From: Candidatus Fermentibacteraceae bacterium
Lineage (GTDB): Bacteria > Fermentibacterota > Fermentibacteria > Fermentibacterales > JCC-6
Direction of reading: 5' to 3'
Assembly: GCA_041750285.1 (NCBI GenBank)
Contig: JBGSZS010000018.1
Span: 32,001-96,000, forward strand
Length of the DNA stretch: 64,000 nt
Every line of letters begins with the position of its first letter. Position 1 is the first letter of the stretch. Positions 18,952 to 27,317 of the stretch are shown here, in pieces. The position numbers were made by a program, and so were the translations under genes. Below the pieces are notes generated by a model. It worked only from the letters and a program-made list of their open reading frames with translations. It was not told the DNA's origin and searched no databases.

Positions 18952-20130
18952 ATGAACAAGAACTGCCCCTGCCCCCTCGAATGTGAGCGGCACGGCGACT
19001 GCGTTGCCTGTCGAAGGTTTCACGAGCTTCTGGGGGAACAGGTCTTCTGCGAGAAGGATGTGCTGGGAAAGGCGCATGAGGTTTCGTCTCCGTCGGTGAA
19101 CCTCATGGACTACGCCGCCTGCGCCGGTTGAGCGGGCAAGATGTCTCCCGGCAGGTTGTCGGGAATACTCGAGCGCCTTCCACGAATCCTGTCGCAGAAT
19201 CTGATCGTGGGCATGGAGTCCATGGATGATGCCGGGGTCTACCTTCTGACCCCCGACGTCGCGCTCGTTCAGACCGTGGATTTTTTCCCGCCGGTCGTGG
19301 CCAGCCCGCTCGAGTTCGGGCGCATCGCCGCGGCCAACAGCATGTCCGATGTGTGGGCAATGGGCGGCGACGCCGTCACCGCCATGAATCTCCTGTGCTT
19401 CCCCGGCAACACGCTGGGAGCGGACATCATCGAGCAGATCCTGTCGGGTGCCTGCGAAAAACTGGTCGAAGCGGGAGTCGTTCTCGTTGGTGGTCACACC
19501 ATGGAGCAGGACCAGGTGGTGTTCGGTCTGAGCGTCACAGGGGTTATCAACCCCGAAAGGGCGCTGCGCAACTCGGCCGCAAGGGTGGGAGACGTTCTTC
19601 TTCTTACAAAACCCCTTGGTTCCGGCGTTCTCACAACCGCGAACAAGGCTTCGGCCCTTCCTCCCGAACTCTTCAGGCCTGTCGTGGCCTCAATGGAAAG
19701 GCTTAACCTCTACGCATCAAGGGCCGTGAGAAACTGCGACGCCAGCGCCATGACAGACGTCACGGGGTTCGGTCTGCTCGGGCATGCCCTCACCATGGCC
19801 CGAAGCTCGGGGGTGACGTTCACGATATCGGCCGGGTCGGTGCCACTGTTCCCCGGAGCAAGAAAGTACGCCCACGATTTCTTCCCGGGAGGGTCGGGCA
19901 ACAACAGGAAGTATGTGGGGGACAATGTTTCCATCGACCCCGTGATCGACCCCGACCATGTGAAACTTCTTTTCGACGCCCAGACCTCAGGCGGCCTTCT
20001 TGCGGCGGTGCGCCCGGATCAGTCCGATGAACTGCTGGACAGGCTTCACCAGACCGGAGACACTGCGGCGGCTGTGATAGGTGAGGTGGTTTCCCGCAGC
20101 GACGGACCGTTCCTGGTCGTCACGCCCTGA
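18952..20130 (+). CDS. selD: selenophosphate synthetase, Sec-containing, with N-terminal Cys-rich extension
   Basis: ATG 18952 with AAGGGG RBS; in-frame TGA 19129-19131 in CAG-U-AGK; DDAGVY, QTVDFF, AANSMSDV, GGHT, TDVTGFGL, DAQTSGGLL. Confidence 0.93.
19146..19164 (+). promoter_or_regulatory. bacterial SECIS-like hairpin of selD
   Basis: TCCCGGCA-GGT-TGTCGGGA; loop about 22 nt after the UGA. Confidence 0.72.
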
Positions 20131-20139
20131 GCGGCTTTT

Positions 20140-20529
20140 TCACCCTTCCTCGCGGCGTCTGAGTTTCGTTTCAGCCCTCTGGCGCTTCTCTTCGAGCCTG
20201 CGTTCCCGGGATGCCTCGGTGGGCCGGGATGGAACCCTTTGTACGGGCTTGCGCGAGGCCTGCTCGATCAGCTTCTCAAGCCTTTTCCGGGCAGCCCTGA
20301 GGTTCTGCTCGAAACTGCGGTGCTCCCTTGCCTGAATGACTATCTCGTCCCGGCCGTTAAGCCTTGAACCCGCCGCATCCCGAAGCCTCTCGGCGACTTC
20401 GTCGGGAAGGCCGCTGTCGGCGATGGTGAAGACCAGAGTGACACCCGTCAGGCTGCGGTTCTGGTGCTGGCCGCCGGGACCGCCGGCACTCATGGGCTGA
20501 ACTGATATGGCGTCCGGATTGTATTTCAT
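20140..20529 (-). CDS. arfB: alternative ribosome rescue factor B
   Basis: GGPGGQH motif and basic tail RRLEEKRQRAETKLRR; start moved downstream of the tRNA. Confidence 0.88.
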   Translation of the reverse strand: MKYNPDAISVQPMSAGGPGGQHQNRSLTGVTLVFTIADSGLPDEVAERLRDAAGSRLNGRDEIVIQAREHRSFEQNLRAARKRLEKLIEQASRKPVQRVPSRPTEASRERRLEEKRQRAETKLRRREEG

Positions 20530-20549
20530 GTTGACAAAGTGAAAAGGTT

Positions 20550-20625
<76 letters not shown>

Positions 20626-20637
20626 ACACGAGCAGCA

Positions 20638-20666
20638 AATTTACTACCTGCCCCGCTGACGGTCAA
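20638..20666 (-). promoter_or_regulatory. promoter TTGACC-N17-TAAATT for tRNA-Phe
   Basis: Consensus-like boxes with 17-nt spacer. Confidence 0.55.
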
Positions 20667-21426
20667 GTTCAGCCAGAAGGGTTTCGATGCTCATCCCGCT
20701 GCGAATGCCGAACCTGGTGAGGGAGAAGTCGTACCGGACAGGGTCGGCGGGGCAGATCCCCCGAAAACCCGCGGTGATCTCAAGGACAGCCTTCAGGTCG
20801 GGGCTTCTTCTGCCGGTGAAACCCAGGCTGCGGCCCACCTTCCACATGTGGGTGTCGAGCGGCACAAGCAGCTCCGACGGTGATACTCCGTCCCATCCTC
20901 CCGGATCGACGGAGTCGCGCCTGACCATCCAGCGGAACCAGAGGTTCAACCTCTTGCAGCAGCTCCCCCTCGTGGGGCAGGGCAGAAGGCTTGTGGGTCC
21001 GCCGTTCTCCAGTATTCCCTGAACGAGCAGCCGTTGGGCTTCGAGCAGCCCCGAGCGCGACACCTCGTGCGAGACGAACGCGCCCAGCGAGCCGTGCCGC
21101 TCCTGAAGGCGTCTGGCTCCACGGAAGATACCGGCTATTGACTCGCCGGGAGTGAACCTGTGCCTGAACCCTTCCAGCTTTTCCCGAAGCAGGGATGGGG
21201 GACAATGCGATGGATTGTCCCCCATGATCGCGAGCACTGAAGACACGCTGCGCAGTATCTGGGTAACCCGTCCGTAGGCCAGTGAGGAGGCGAGAAGCCC
21301 AACTATCTCCCGGTCATGCGGATCATCGTACCCGTACAGGAATTCCAGCGGGTCGGGATGAACGAACTCCCTTCGGTTCCAGGTTTCGTACAGGTTCTCG
21401 AGGAGGGCCCCAAGACCTTCAGTCAA
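20644..21426 (-). CDS. TIGR02757 family (HhH-GPD-like) protein
   Basis: DPLEF, LAYGRV, CKRLNLWFRWMVR, PLDTH, DPVRYDFSL. Confidence 0.88.
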   Translation of the reverse strand: MTEGLGALLENLYETWNRREFVHPDPLEFLYGYDDPHDREIVGLLASSLAYGRVTQILRSVSSVLAIMGDNPSHCPPSLLREKLEGFRHRFTPGESIAGIFRGARRLQERHGSLGAFVSHEVSRSGLLEAQRLLVQGILENGGPTSLLPCPTRGSCCKRLNLWFRWMVRRDSVDPGGWDGVSPSELLVPLDTHMWKVGRSLGFTGRRSPDLKAVLEITAGFRGICPADPVRYDFSLTRFGIRSGMSIETLLAELDRQRGR

Positions 21427-21676
21427 GCTCCAGGTCCACCCGTTTGGCGGAAACCCCGCTCAGGGTGTTGAGCTTCCTGACCAGCTCCTCCTTCTTCCCT
21501 TCCTCCCCCACCAGGTCGAGGATGATAAGCCCCTTCTCGGAGCAGTCATCGAGTATGCCTTCGTGGATGCCGAGGCGCGTCTTGATCATGCAGCCCCAGC
21601 CCGTGAGGACCTTCTGTACGTTTGCCGCGGCCTGGTTCCTGTGTGAGACCAGAATTGCGACCACTGTTTTCTGCAT
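21419..21676 (-). CDS. small ACT-like protein (TM1266/hydrogenase-regulator-like)
   Basis: VQKVLT..GC.IKTRLGIH pattern. Confidence 0.65.
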   Translation of the reverse strand: MQKTVVAILVSHRNQAAANVQKVLTGWGCMIKTRLGIHEGILDDCSEKGLIILDLVGEEGKKEELVRKLNTLSGVSAKRVDLELD

Positions 21677-21682
21677 TACTTC

Positions 21683-21835
21683 CTACTCCTTCTCGAACAT
21701 GTCCTTGCCGACGCCGCAGACCGGGCACACCCAGTCGTCGGGTATGTCTTCGAAAGCGGTTCCCGGAGCGATGTTACCGTCAGGGTCACCCTGGGCGGGG
21801 TCATAGATCCATCCGCATGCCTGACAAACCCACAT
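21683..21835 (-). CDS. rubredoxin
   Basis: [10 protein letters not shown]...[17 protein letters not shown]. Confidence 0.95.
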   Translation of the reverse strand: MWVCQACGWIYDPAQGDPDGNIAPGTAFEDIPDDWVCPVCGVGKDMFEKE

Positions 21836-21875
21836 TTCGTTCCTCCCTCGAAAATGCTTCCTGTTCGTGACGCAA

Positions 21876-22181
21876 CTATTCCGGACCCGATTCCTGAGCC
21901 CTCTCAACGGCGCTGCCAAGACACTCCATCAGTGCCGATATCTGCGAGTCATCGGTCTCGTCGGCGATCATCAGTTCGATCCACCCCTCGCCGGCCGTGC
22001 AGATGAAGGGATACTCCTCGGACAGAAGCTCGAGGTCGAGCGAATGAACAAGGAGCCTGACCATGTAGGAACCGCCGCCCTCCTCTATGCTGCCAATGAC
22101 CCTGTCCTGGTATAGAATGCCGCCGGTTTCGCTTTCGAGTGTCAATCCCTCGAAAGCCCTTACCACTCCGAAAACGCTCAT
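21876..22181 (-). CDS. hypothetical protein
   Basis: ATGA overlap with the upstream gene stop. Confidence 0.6.
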   Translation of the reverse strand: MSVFGVVRAFEGLTLESETGGILYQDRVIGSIEEGGGSYMVRLLVHSLDLELLSEEYPFICTAGEGWIELMIADETDDSQISALMECLGSAVERAQESGPE

Positions 22182-24928
22182 TCCTGCTCCGAAAGGAACC
22201 AGGGGCGCTCCACGCCGGCCCTGATCCTGGTTGTTGTGAACAACGCACCGTGACTGCCCGACATTGCCGAAAGCGTTCGCCACTCTTCGTCGCCGAACCC
22301 GGCTGAGCCGACTCCCGAAACGGCCAGAATGGAAACCGGAAGGTCTTCACCCCCGGTAAGGATCACTCCGGGATCACAGCCAAGATAACCCGACACGACC
22401 TCTCCCGGAACTCCGGGGCAGATCAGCGCCACTGCACCCGCGCCTTCGGCGCGTGCTATGTCCTCACTGGTCAATGTTTTGTTGACCAGCATCAGAACTC
22501 CCTTCCCGGGGACAGTTGAAAGTGCCCCGCAGACGTCCTTTCCAAGCCCGAGAACACCCTCGGTCCTGACGCCCCGGAATGATACTCTCAGGGAGTGCTC
22601 CGGAACAACTCCGGACACCGTTCCGTGAAGCGGAGACACCAGGTGGACGGGATTGGTGACGTACTGCACGGTGATGGTTCCATCCTTTCTGCCGATCCCG
22701 GTGACGGTGCCCGCGGAGGGCGATTTCACTGTCACAAGGCCCTTGCCCACCGCAAGAGCCTGTCCGCGAAGGACGAATTCGCCCCTCCTCACCTTGAGGA
22801 ACCCGCCGACATGCTTCGGCTTCACGCCAAGGGGCGAGGCCACGTCTACCACATGGGGTTTGCCGTCGTAGTCCTGTATCTCGCGCAGGCAGATCAGACC
22901 CGGCGGGGAGACCCTTGTCACAAGACCCCTCACCGGGCTTTTGACCTCGTGTACGGCCCTTGAGATCCCGGAACCGACCTTGTGCCGGAAAACGACGGCC
23001 CCGGGCGAGACCTCGTCGCCGGGTCGAACCGTCACGAGTGAGAGGATTTCCGCAGTGGAAAGGTCCTTCGTGTATCCGGTCTGCCCCCTGACGTCAATGA
23101 AGTACACCATTGGCGGGCTGAGCCGGTTCTGCCCCAGAAGGGTTCCGGGTTCAACCCGGTCTCCCGGTTTCACCAGTATTTCACCGGGATACGGCAGCGT
23201 GAACGTGTGTTCCATTTCGCCGGGCTCGTTTATGACCACACTTCTCGAGTGCGTGGCGGGGGTCATCGAGACGCTGATGGGCAGTTTCTGAAAGTCGACC
23301 GGCAGTGCATCGGCGGGATCGGTCCTGCAGTCCACCAGAAGGGGAATGCTCTCGGTTTCCTCCCAGTCTCCCGCCCTGCAGCCCCTGCCATCGCCTATGA
23401 ACAGGAAATCCCCGCCCATGACGCTGACAGGACCGCCGGGTCCGCTCACGGCCATGGCGGGGCGGCCCCTTCGAACGGCCTTCAACGGGGTCACCACGCG
23501 GCAGACGGTGCGAAGGCAGTTCTCACGGTAGTAATCGAGGGCCATACCGGGATGCACCGTGCTGAGAACACCCATGTGGGGGCTGTGGAACCTTGCATCG
23601 ACCGTGAGGGTCGTCACTCCCCGGGGACTGAAACCCTGGGCGAGGATCCACGCGGCACGCAGCGGGTCCGCATGCGCAAGAACCCCTCCGGCGCCTATCA
23701 GGGTGCTGAAGTCGCTGAGCCGGAACAAGGCTGATCTGTCGATGGTCCTGAATTTCGCATCGAACCTGCATCCCGTCAGGAGCTTCAGCCGGTCGAGAAA
23801 GCCCACCCGCTCCCTTCGGTACGAAAAGTCCATGTGCTGACCGAATGCCAGCCTGACGCCCTCCGCCGCGCACGCATGCTCGACGAGGGCACCGAAGCCG
23901 TCCTGTGGTGTTATTGTTGGAAACAGGGTCTTTTCGAGTATCCTGTCCCTGACTGCGGCTTCATCAAGGCCTGGAAGGTGTCTCATGACCTTTGGTGAGC
24001 CGGCTTCCCTGAGAAGGTTGGAGAGGCTGTAGCTCATGCCCAGATTTGCGCTCACGGTGCGCTGGACCGATCCCGCTGCGAGGCTGAACACGTCAGTGGT
24101 GGCCCCGCCGATGTCAACGAGAAGGATGCTCTCGCCCGCCCCCTCCCCGTGAAGGGACAGTATCCTCTCGACCCCGGAGGGCGTGGGTATGACGGGCGCG
24201 AAGGCGGAAGCGGCCACGCTCTGGTAGCCCGGGGCCATCTGCATCACGTGATCCATGAAGAGCGAGTGGACCATTTCGATGGCGGGTCTGAGGTTGAGCC
24301 CCATGCCGGACGGCCTGATGTTCTCAGCGAAGTGTACCTCGAACCCGTCGCCAAGGGTCTCATTCACATAGTCGCGGGCTCCTGTGTTGCCGCAGAACAC
24401 CAGCGGCAGCTTCCCGTGGCCGTACTTCGGCCGGGGGGACGAAAGGGCCAGAAGCTGGGCCATGTTCACAACCGCAGCCACAGCGCCGTCTTCATATCCG
24501 CCGGCCATGACCACCAGGTCGGGTGAGAGGGTGCTCATGCGCTGTATCTTCTCCACCCTCGGGGTCTCGTCGTCTATTGTGAAGGTGTCGAGAACGACCC
24601 CGCCAGCGCCGCAGGTCACGGCCCGGGCCATCACCCCCGTGTCCCATGAAGCCAGTGCGATGACAAGGATCTGAAGCCCACCTCCCGCGGAACTCGTGGT
24701 GAAGAAGGGCACCAGAAAGCGGTCGGCGTCGCGGAGGGATCGGTGTGTTTTTCGGGCTATGCGGTCCACGGCCCTGAAAAGACCCACACGCACGTCAGAA
24801 TGGGGGCTTTCAACGGTGGTGGGCTCATCGGCGCTGTCAACAAGGGTCAGACGGTCTGCGGATACTTCCAGCAGAAGGACCTTGGTGGTCGTGCTGCCTA
24901 TATCAGAGACGAGTAGAAGATCGCTCAT
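22178..24928 (-). CDS. GlmL/MutL-like ASKHA ATPase fused to C-terminal barrel-sandwich-like repeats
   Basis: DIGSTTTK, SSAGGGL, DIGGATTDV, RTVSANLGMSYS; C-terminal VKPGDRV / VKSPVRG / VKSPSAG / VSPLHG repeats. Confidence 0.82.
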   Translation of the reverse strand: MSDLLLVSDIGSTTTKVLLLEVSADRLTLVDSADEPTTVESPHSDVRVGLFRAVDRIARKTHRSLRDADRFLVPFFTTSSAGGGLQILVIALASWDTGVMARAVTCGAGGVVLDTFTIDDETPRVEKIQRMSTLSPDLVVMAGGYEDGAVAAVVNMAQLLALSSPRPKYGHGKLPLVFCGNTGARDYVNETLGDGFEVHFAENIRPSGMGLNLRPAIEMVHSLFMDHVMQMAPGYQSVAASAFAPVIPTPSGVERILSLHGEGAGESILLVDIGGATTDVFSLAAGSVQRTVSANLGMSYSLSNLLREAGSPKVMRHLPGLDEAAVRDRILEKTLFPTITPQDGFGALVEHACAAEGVRLAFGQHMDFSYRRERVGFLDRLKLLTGCRFDAKFRTIDRSALFRLSDFSTLIGAGGVLAHADPLRAAWILAQGFSPRGVTTLTVDARFHSPHMGVLSTVHPGMALDYYRENCLRTVCRVVTPLKAVRRGRPAMAVSGPGGPVSVMGGDFLFIGDGRGCRAGDWEETESIPLLVDCRTDPADALPVDFQKLPISVSMTPATHSRSVVINEPGEMEHTFTLPYPGEILVKPGDRVEPGTLLGQNRLSPPMVYFIDVRGQTGYTKDLSTAEILSLVTVRPGDEVSPGAVVFRHKVGSGISRAVHEVKSPVRGLVTRVSPPGLICLREIQDYDGKPHVVDVASPLGVKPKHVGGFLKVRRGEFVLRGQALAVGKGLVTVKSPSAGTVTGIGRKDGTITVQYVTNPVHLVSPLHGTVSGVVPEHSLRVSFRGVRTEGVLGLGKDVCGALSTVPGKGVLMLVNKTLTSEDIARAEGAGAVALICPGVPGEVVSGYLGCDPGVILTGGEDLPVSILAVSGVGSAGFGDEEWRTLSAMSGSHGALFTTTRIRAGVERPWFLSEQE

Positions 24929-24968
24929 GAGGAACCTCCTTCACCCGGAACAGGGGGTCGGGGAAGGC

Positions 24969-24999
24969 CGGGCGCCTCCGGCATTGCCGGAGGCGCCCG
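24969..24999. terminator. perfect 15-bp inverted repeat (terminator or mRNA-stabilising hairpin)
   Basis: CGGGCGCCTCCGGCA-T-TGCCGGAGGCGCCCG followed by TTTTT on the plus strand. Confidence 0.7.
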
Positions 25000-25003
25000 T
25001 TTT

Positions 25004-25633
25004 TCAGTTGATCAAACCGAGCCAGTCGTTGAGAAGGAACTGTATCCTTCCGATCAGAAGGCTGATTCGGCCCATCACGGTGAAGCCGAAGGTGGCCCCG
25101 AACCCTATCATTATGACCCAGATGCCGATTTTGGAGCCGGTTCCGAAGAAGGGCCCCTTGTGGGGTTTGCTGAAGAAGAAGTAGATCAGCGCAGCCAGGG
25201 TTCCCAGAACGAGGATCACATTGCCAAGGACAGAATGCCACGGCATTCCGGACTGGTAAAGGGGCAGTATGGTTGCTTCGAGCTGCCTGAGAACGCTCGC
25301 CTTCATGGCCAGCGGAAAGCCGACACCCATGCTTGTTCCCATTATGAAAGCCATGGGGTACCGCGAGAGCCAGGCGATCTTGGGGAAGAAGCGTGTGATG
25401 TAGAGAAGTCCCAGAAGGGCCGGGATCAGCAGGATGTACTCGCCGTCGTTCGCTATGGGGTCGATGAGCCTTGGTTTGAGAACCTGGGTGTAGGTCACCA
25501 CGATGAAGTACCCCATCGATATGCCGACCACGAGGTGCTCACCGAGCCTGTACAGGGGGTTCTCCCTGTAAAGGAAGGAGTAAATGGCCAGCGTGAAAAG
25601 CGCCGCCACCCATACGCCGATTGTGGTATACAC
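25004..25633 (-). CDS. conserved membrane protein (about 6 TM)
   Basis: YSFLYRENPLYRLGEH and MIGFGATFGFTVMGRISLLIGRIQFL; GGAGG RBS. Confidence 0.8.
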   Translation of the reverse strand: MYTTIGVWVAALFTLAIYSFLYRENPLYRLGEHLVVGISMGYFIVVTYTQVLKPRLIDPIANDGEYILLIPALLGLLYITRFFPKIAWLSRYPMAFIMGTSMGVGFPLAMKASVLRQLEATILPLYQSGMPWHSVLGNVILVLGTLAALIYFFFSKPHKGPFFGTGSKIGIWVIMIGFGATFGFTVMGRISLLIGRIQFLLNDWLGLIN

Positions 25634-25636
25634 GGT

Positions 25637-26638
25637 TTACCTCCTTCCCTTCAGAAGAACGCCCTTTTTGTGGAAGCCTCCGGCGAAGTAGGCAATGTTG
25701 CCCAGCAGGATGAAGAAGAATATCAACAGATGGGCCGCGTTCTGGACATCCATGCCGATAAACGCCCTGTCCGGCTTTTCGACGTAGCCGGCGTTCTGAA
25801 GCAGGACCTCGTACTCGGCGGCGCCCCTGAGGCCTCCCATCTGTCCGACGAGCTGACCGGACTGGATGTAGATGGTGTAGTCGGTGGCGCTTACCGCGGT
25901 TACACCGAAGGCGACGGGAAGGCCGATCTTCTCCCGGGCGTAGGTGACCCACCACATGCAGGCCGCGGTTCCGGAAAAGGTTGTGGCAAGATCGACGTCC
26001 CTGAGGCTCTTGTGCTCCTGAAGCATGGGCATGTCGATAAGGGGGTTGCCGTTCATGTCTTCAGGGTACTGCGAGGCAATTGATGAAGTCATGCCCAGTA
26101 TCGCCAGGGCGAAGTAGGGCAGATATCCGAGCTTCGCGAAGTCGCGGCCCTCGAAGACCCATCCCGATGCGTTCTCGGGAAGAACGTTGCCGTCGGCCTC
26201 CCAGGCGGCCTGAAGCTCGTCGCGGCCGGTTATGCCCTGTTCGCGGTACTGCGCCCACTCCTGCCAGGAAACCACGTGGAAGTACTCCTGAGCATCGGGG
26301 TTTGTCACATAGGCGAAACCGGACTCGAGCATGCCCTGCGCCAGCGGGGCGTTGGCGGTGAAGAAGACAGGGATGTGCCTGGAAAAGGCGTGCCGCATCA
26401 CTGCGACTGCCATGGGCATGTTCTCGGGGTCTGTGCCCGGGTCAAAATCAAAGCTGATGAAAATGGCATTCTCGGGGCCAAGGTTCTCGATGTAGTCGAA
26501 GATCGAAATGACATGGGCCGTGGGTATCACCGGCAGCCCGAAGGGAAGGAAGAAGGGCACGATGCATACGACGCCGATGCACAGGAAGATCCAGCGGCGA
26601 TCAAGGTTGAGCATTCTGCTCCAGATGTTCTCTTTCAT
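25637..26638 (-). CDS. membrane-anchored protein with soluble domain
   Basis: TM at both ends; SGQLVGQMGGLRGAAEYE motif. Confidence 0.78.
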   Translation of the reverse strand: MKENIWSRMLNLDRRWIFLCIGVVCIVPFFLPFGLPVIPTAHVISIFDYIENLGPENAIFISFDFDPGTDPENMPMAVAVMRHAFSRHIPVFFTANAPLAQGMLESGFAYVTNPDAQEYFHVVSWQEWAQYREQGITGRDELQAAWEADGNVLPENASGWVFEGRDFAKLGYLPYFALAILGMTSSIASQYPEDMNGNPLIDMPMLQEHKSLRDVDLATTFSGTAACMWWVTYAREKIGLPVAFGVTAVSATDYTIYIQSGQLVGQMGGLRGAAEYEVLLQNAGYVEKPDRAFIGMDVQNAAHLLIFFFILLGNIAYFAGGFHKKGVLLKGRR

Positions 26639-26649
26639 TCCTTCACCCC

Positions 26650-27294
26650 CTACTCACCGGCTCCGCCGAGCCAGTTGCGCTCGACGCCGAAGATTATCTT
26701 GAGCTGGGTGGCGAGAATGCCGAAACCCACCCCGAGACCGATTGCCCGCTTGGCTGCATTGTTGGGGAAGTCGATTATCCAGAGCCCCACCTTGGGAAAC
26801 CAGCTTCCCAGGAGTTCGCCGATGGGAACCTGCCCCATCATCACTATCACCGCTGTGAGAAGAAGCAGCGTCGCCAGCAGGCTCTTGGCCCTGAACGCAC
26901 GGAAGGCTGCGCTTGCAATGTAGAAGGCCAGCAGGCTGAACATGGTGGACTGGATGGGCACCTGGATGTGCATGTAGGCGAAATTGTAGACTCCCGGAGG
27001 ATCCATTCCGCCTCCCACCGATGCCGGAAGGAGAAGTGCAAACACAGGCAGAAGATACATGGGCACAAGCACCGCAAGGCTGTAGGGCCAGTTCGGGGCC
27101 TTGTTCCGCACCTTGTGCCCGTGAAGCCTTGAGAGGCTTCCGACGCCGAGGATCAGCGCGAAGGCGCCGATGATGGGAACCCATATCGTGTAGTTGTCGA
27201 AAATGTCCTGAGAGATCTGGTGGGGGATGAAGTACTGAATGATCATCAGTACTCCGCCCACCAGCACAATCATGAGGGGAACAGTTCTCTTCAC
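26650..27294 (-). CDS. conserved membrane protein (5-6 TM)
   Basis: STMFSLLAFYIASAAFRAFRA, AAKRAIGLG, GVERNWLG; AAGGAG RBS. Confidence 0.8.
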   Translation of the reverse strand: MKRTVPLMIVLVGGVLMIIQYFIPHQISQDIFDNYTIWVPIIGAFALILGVGSLSRLHGHKVRNKAPNWPYSLAVLVPMYLLPVFALLLPASVGGGMDPPGVYNFAYMHIQVPIQSTMFSLLAFYIASAAFRAFRAKSLLATLLLLTAVIVMMGQVPIGELLGSWFPKVGLWIIDFPNNAAKRAIGLGVGFGILATQLKIIFGVERNWLGGAGE

Positions 27295-27317
27295 TGCTCA
27301 ATTCTCCTTCCGGTGGG

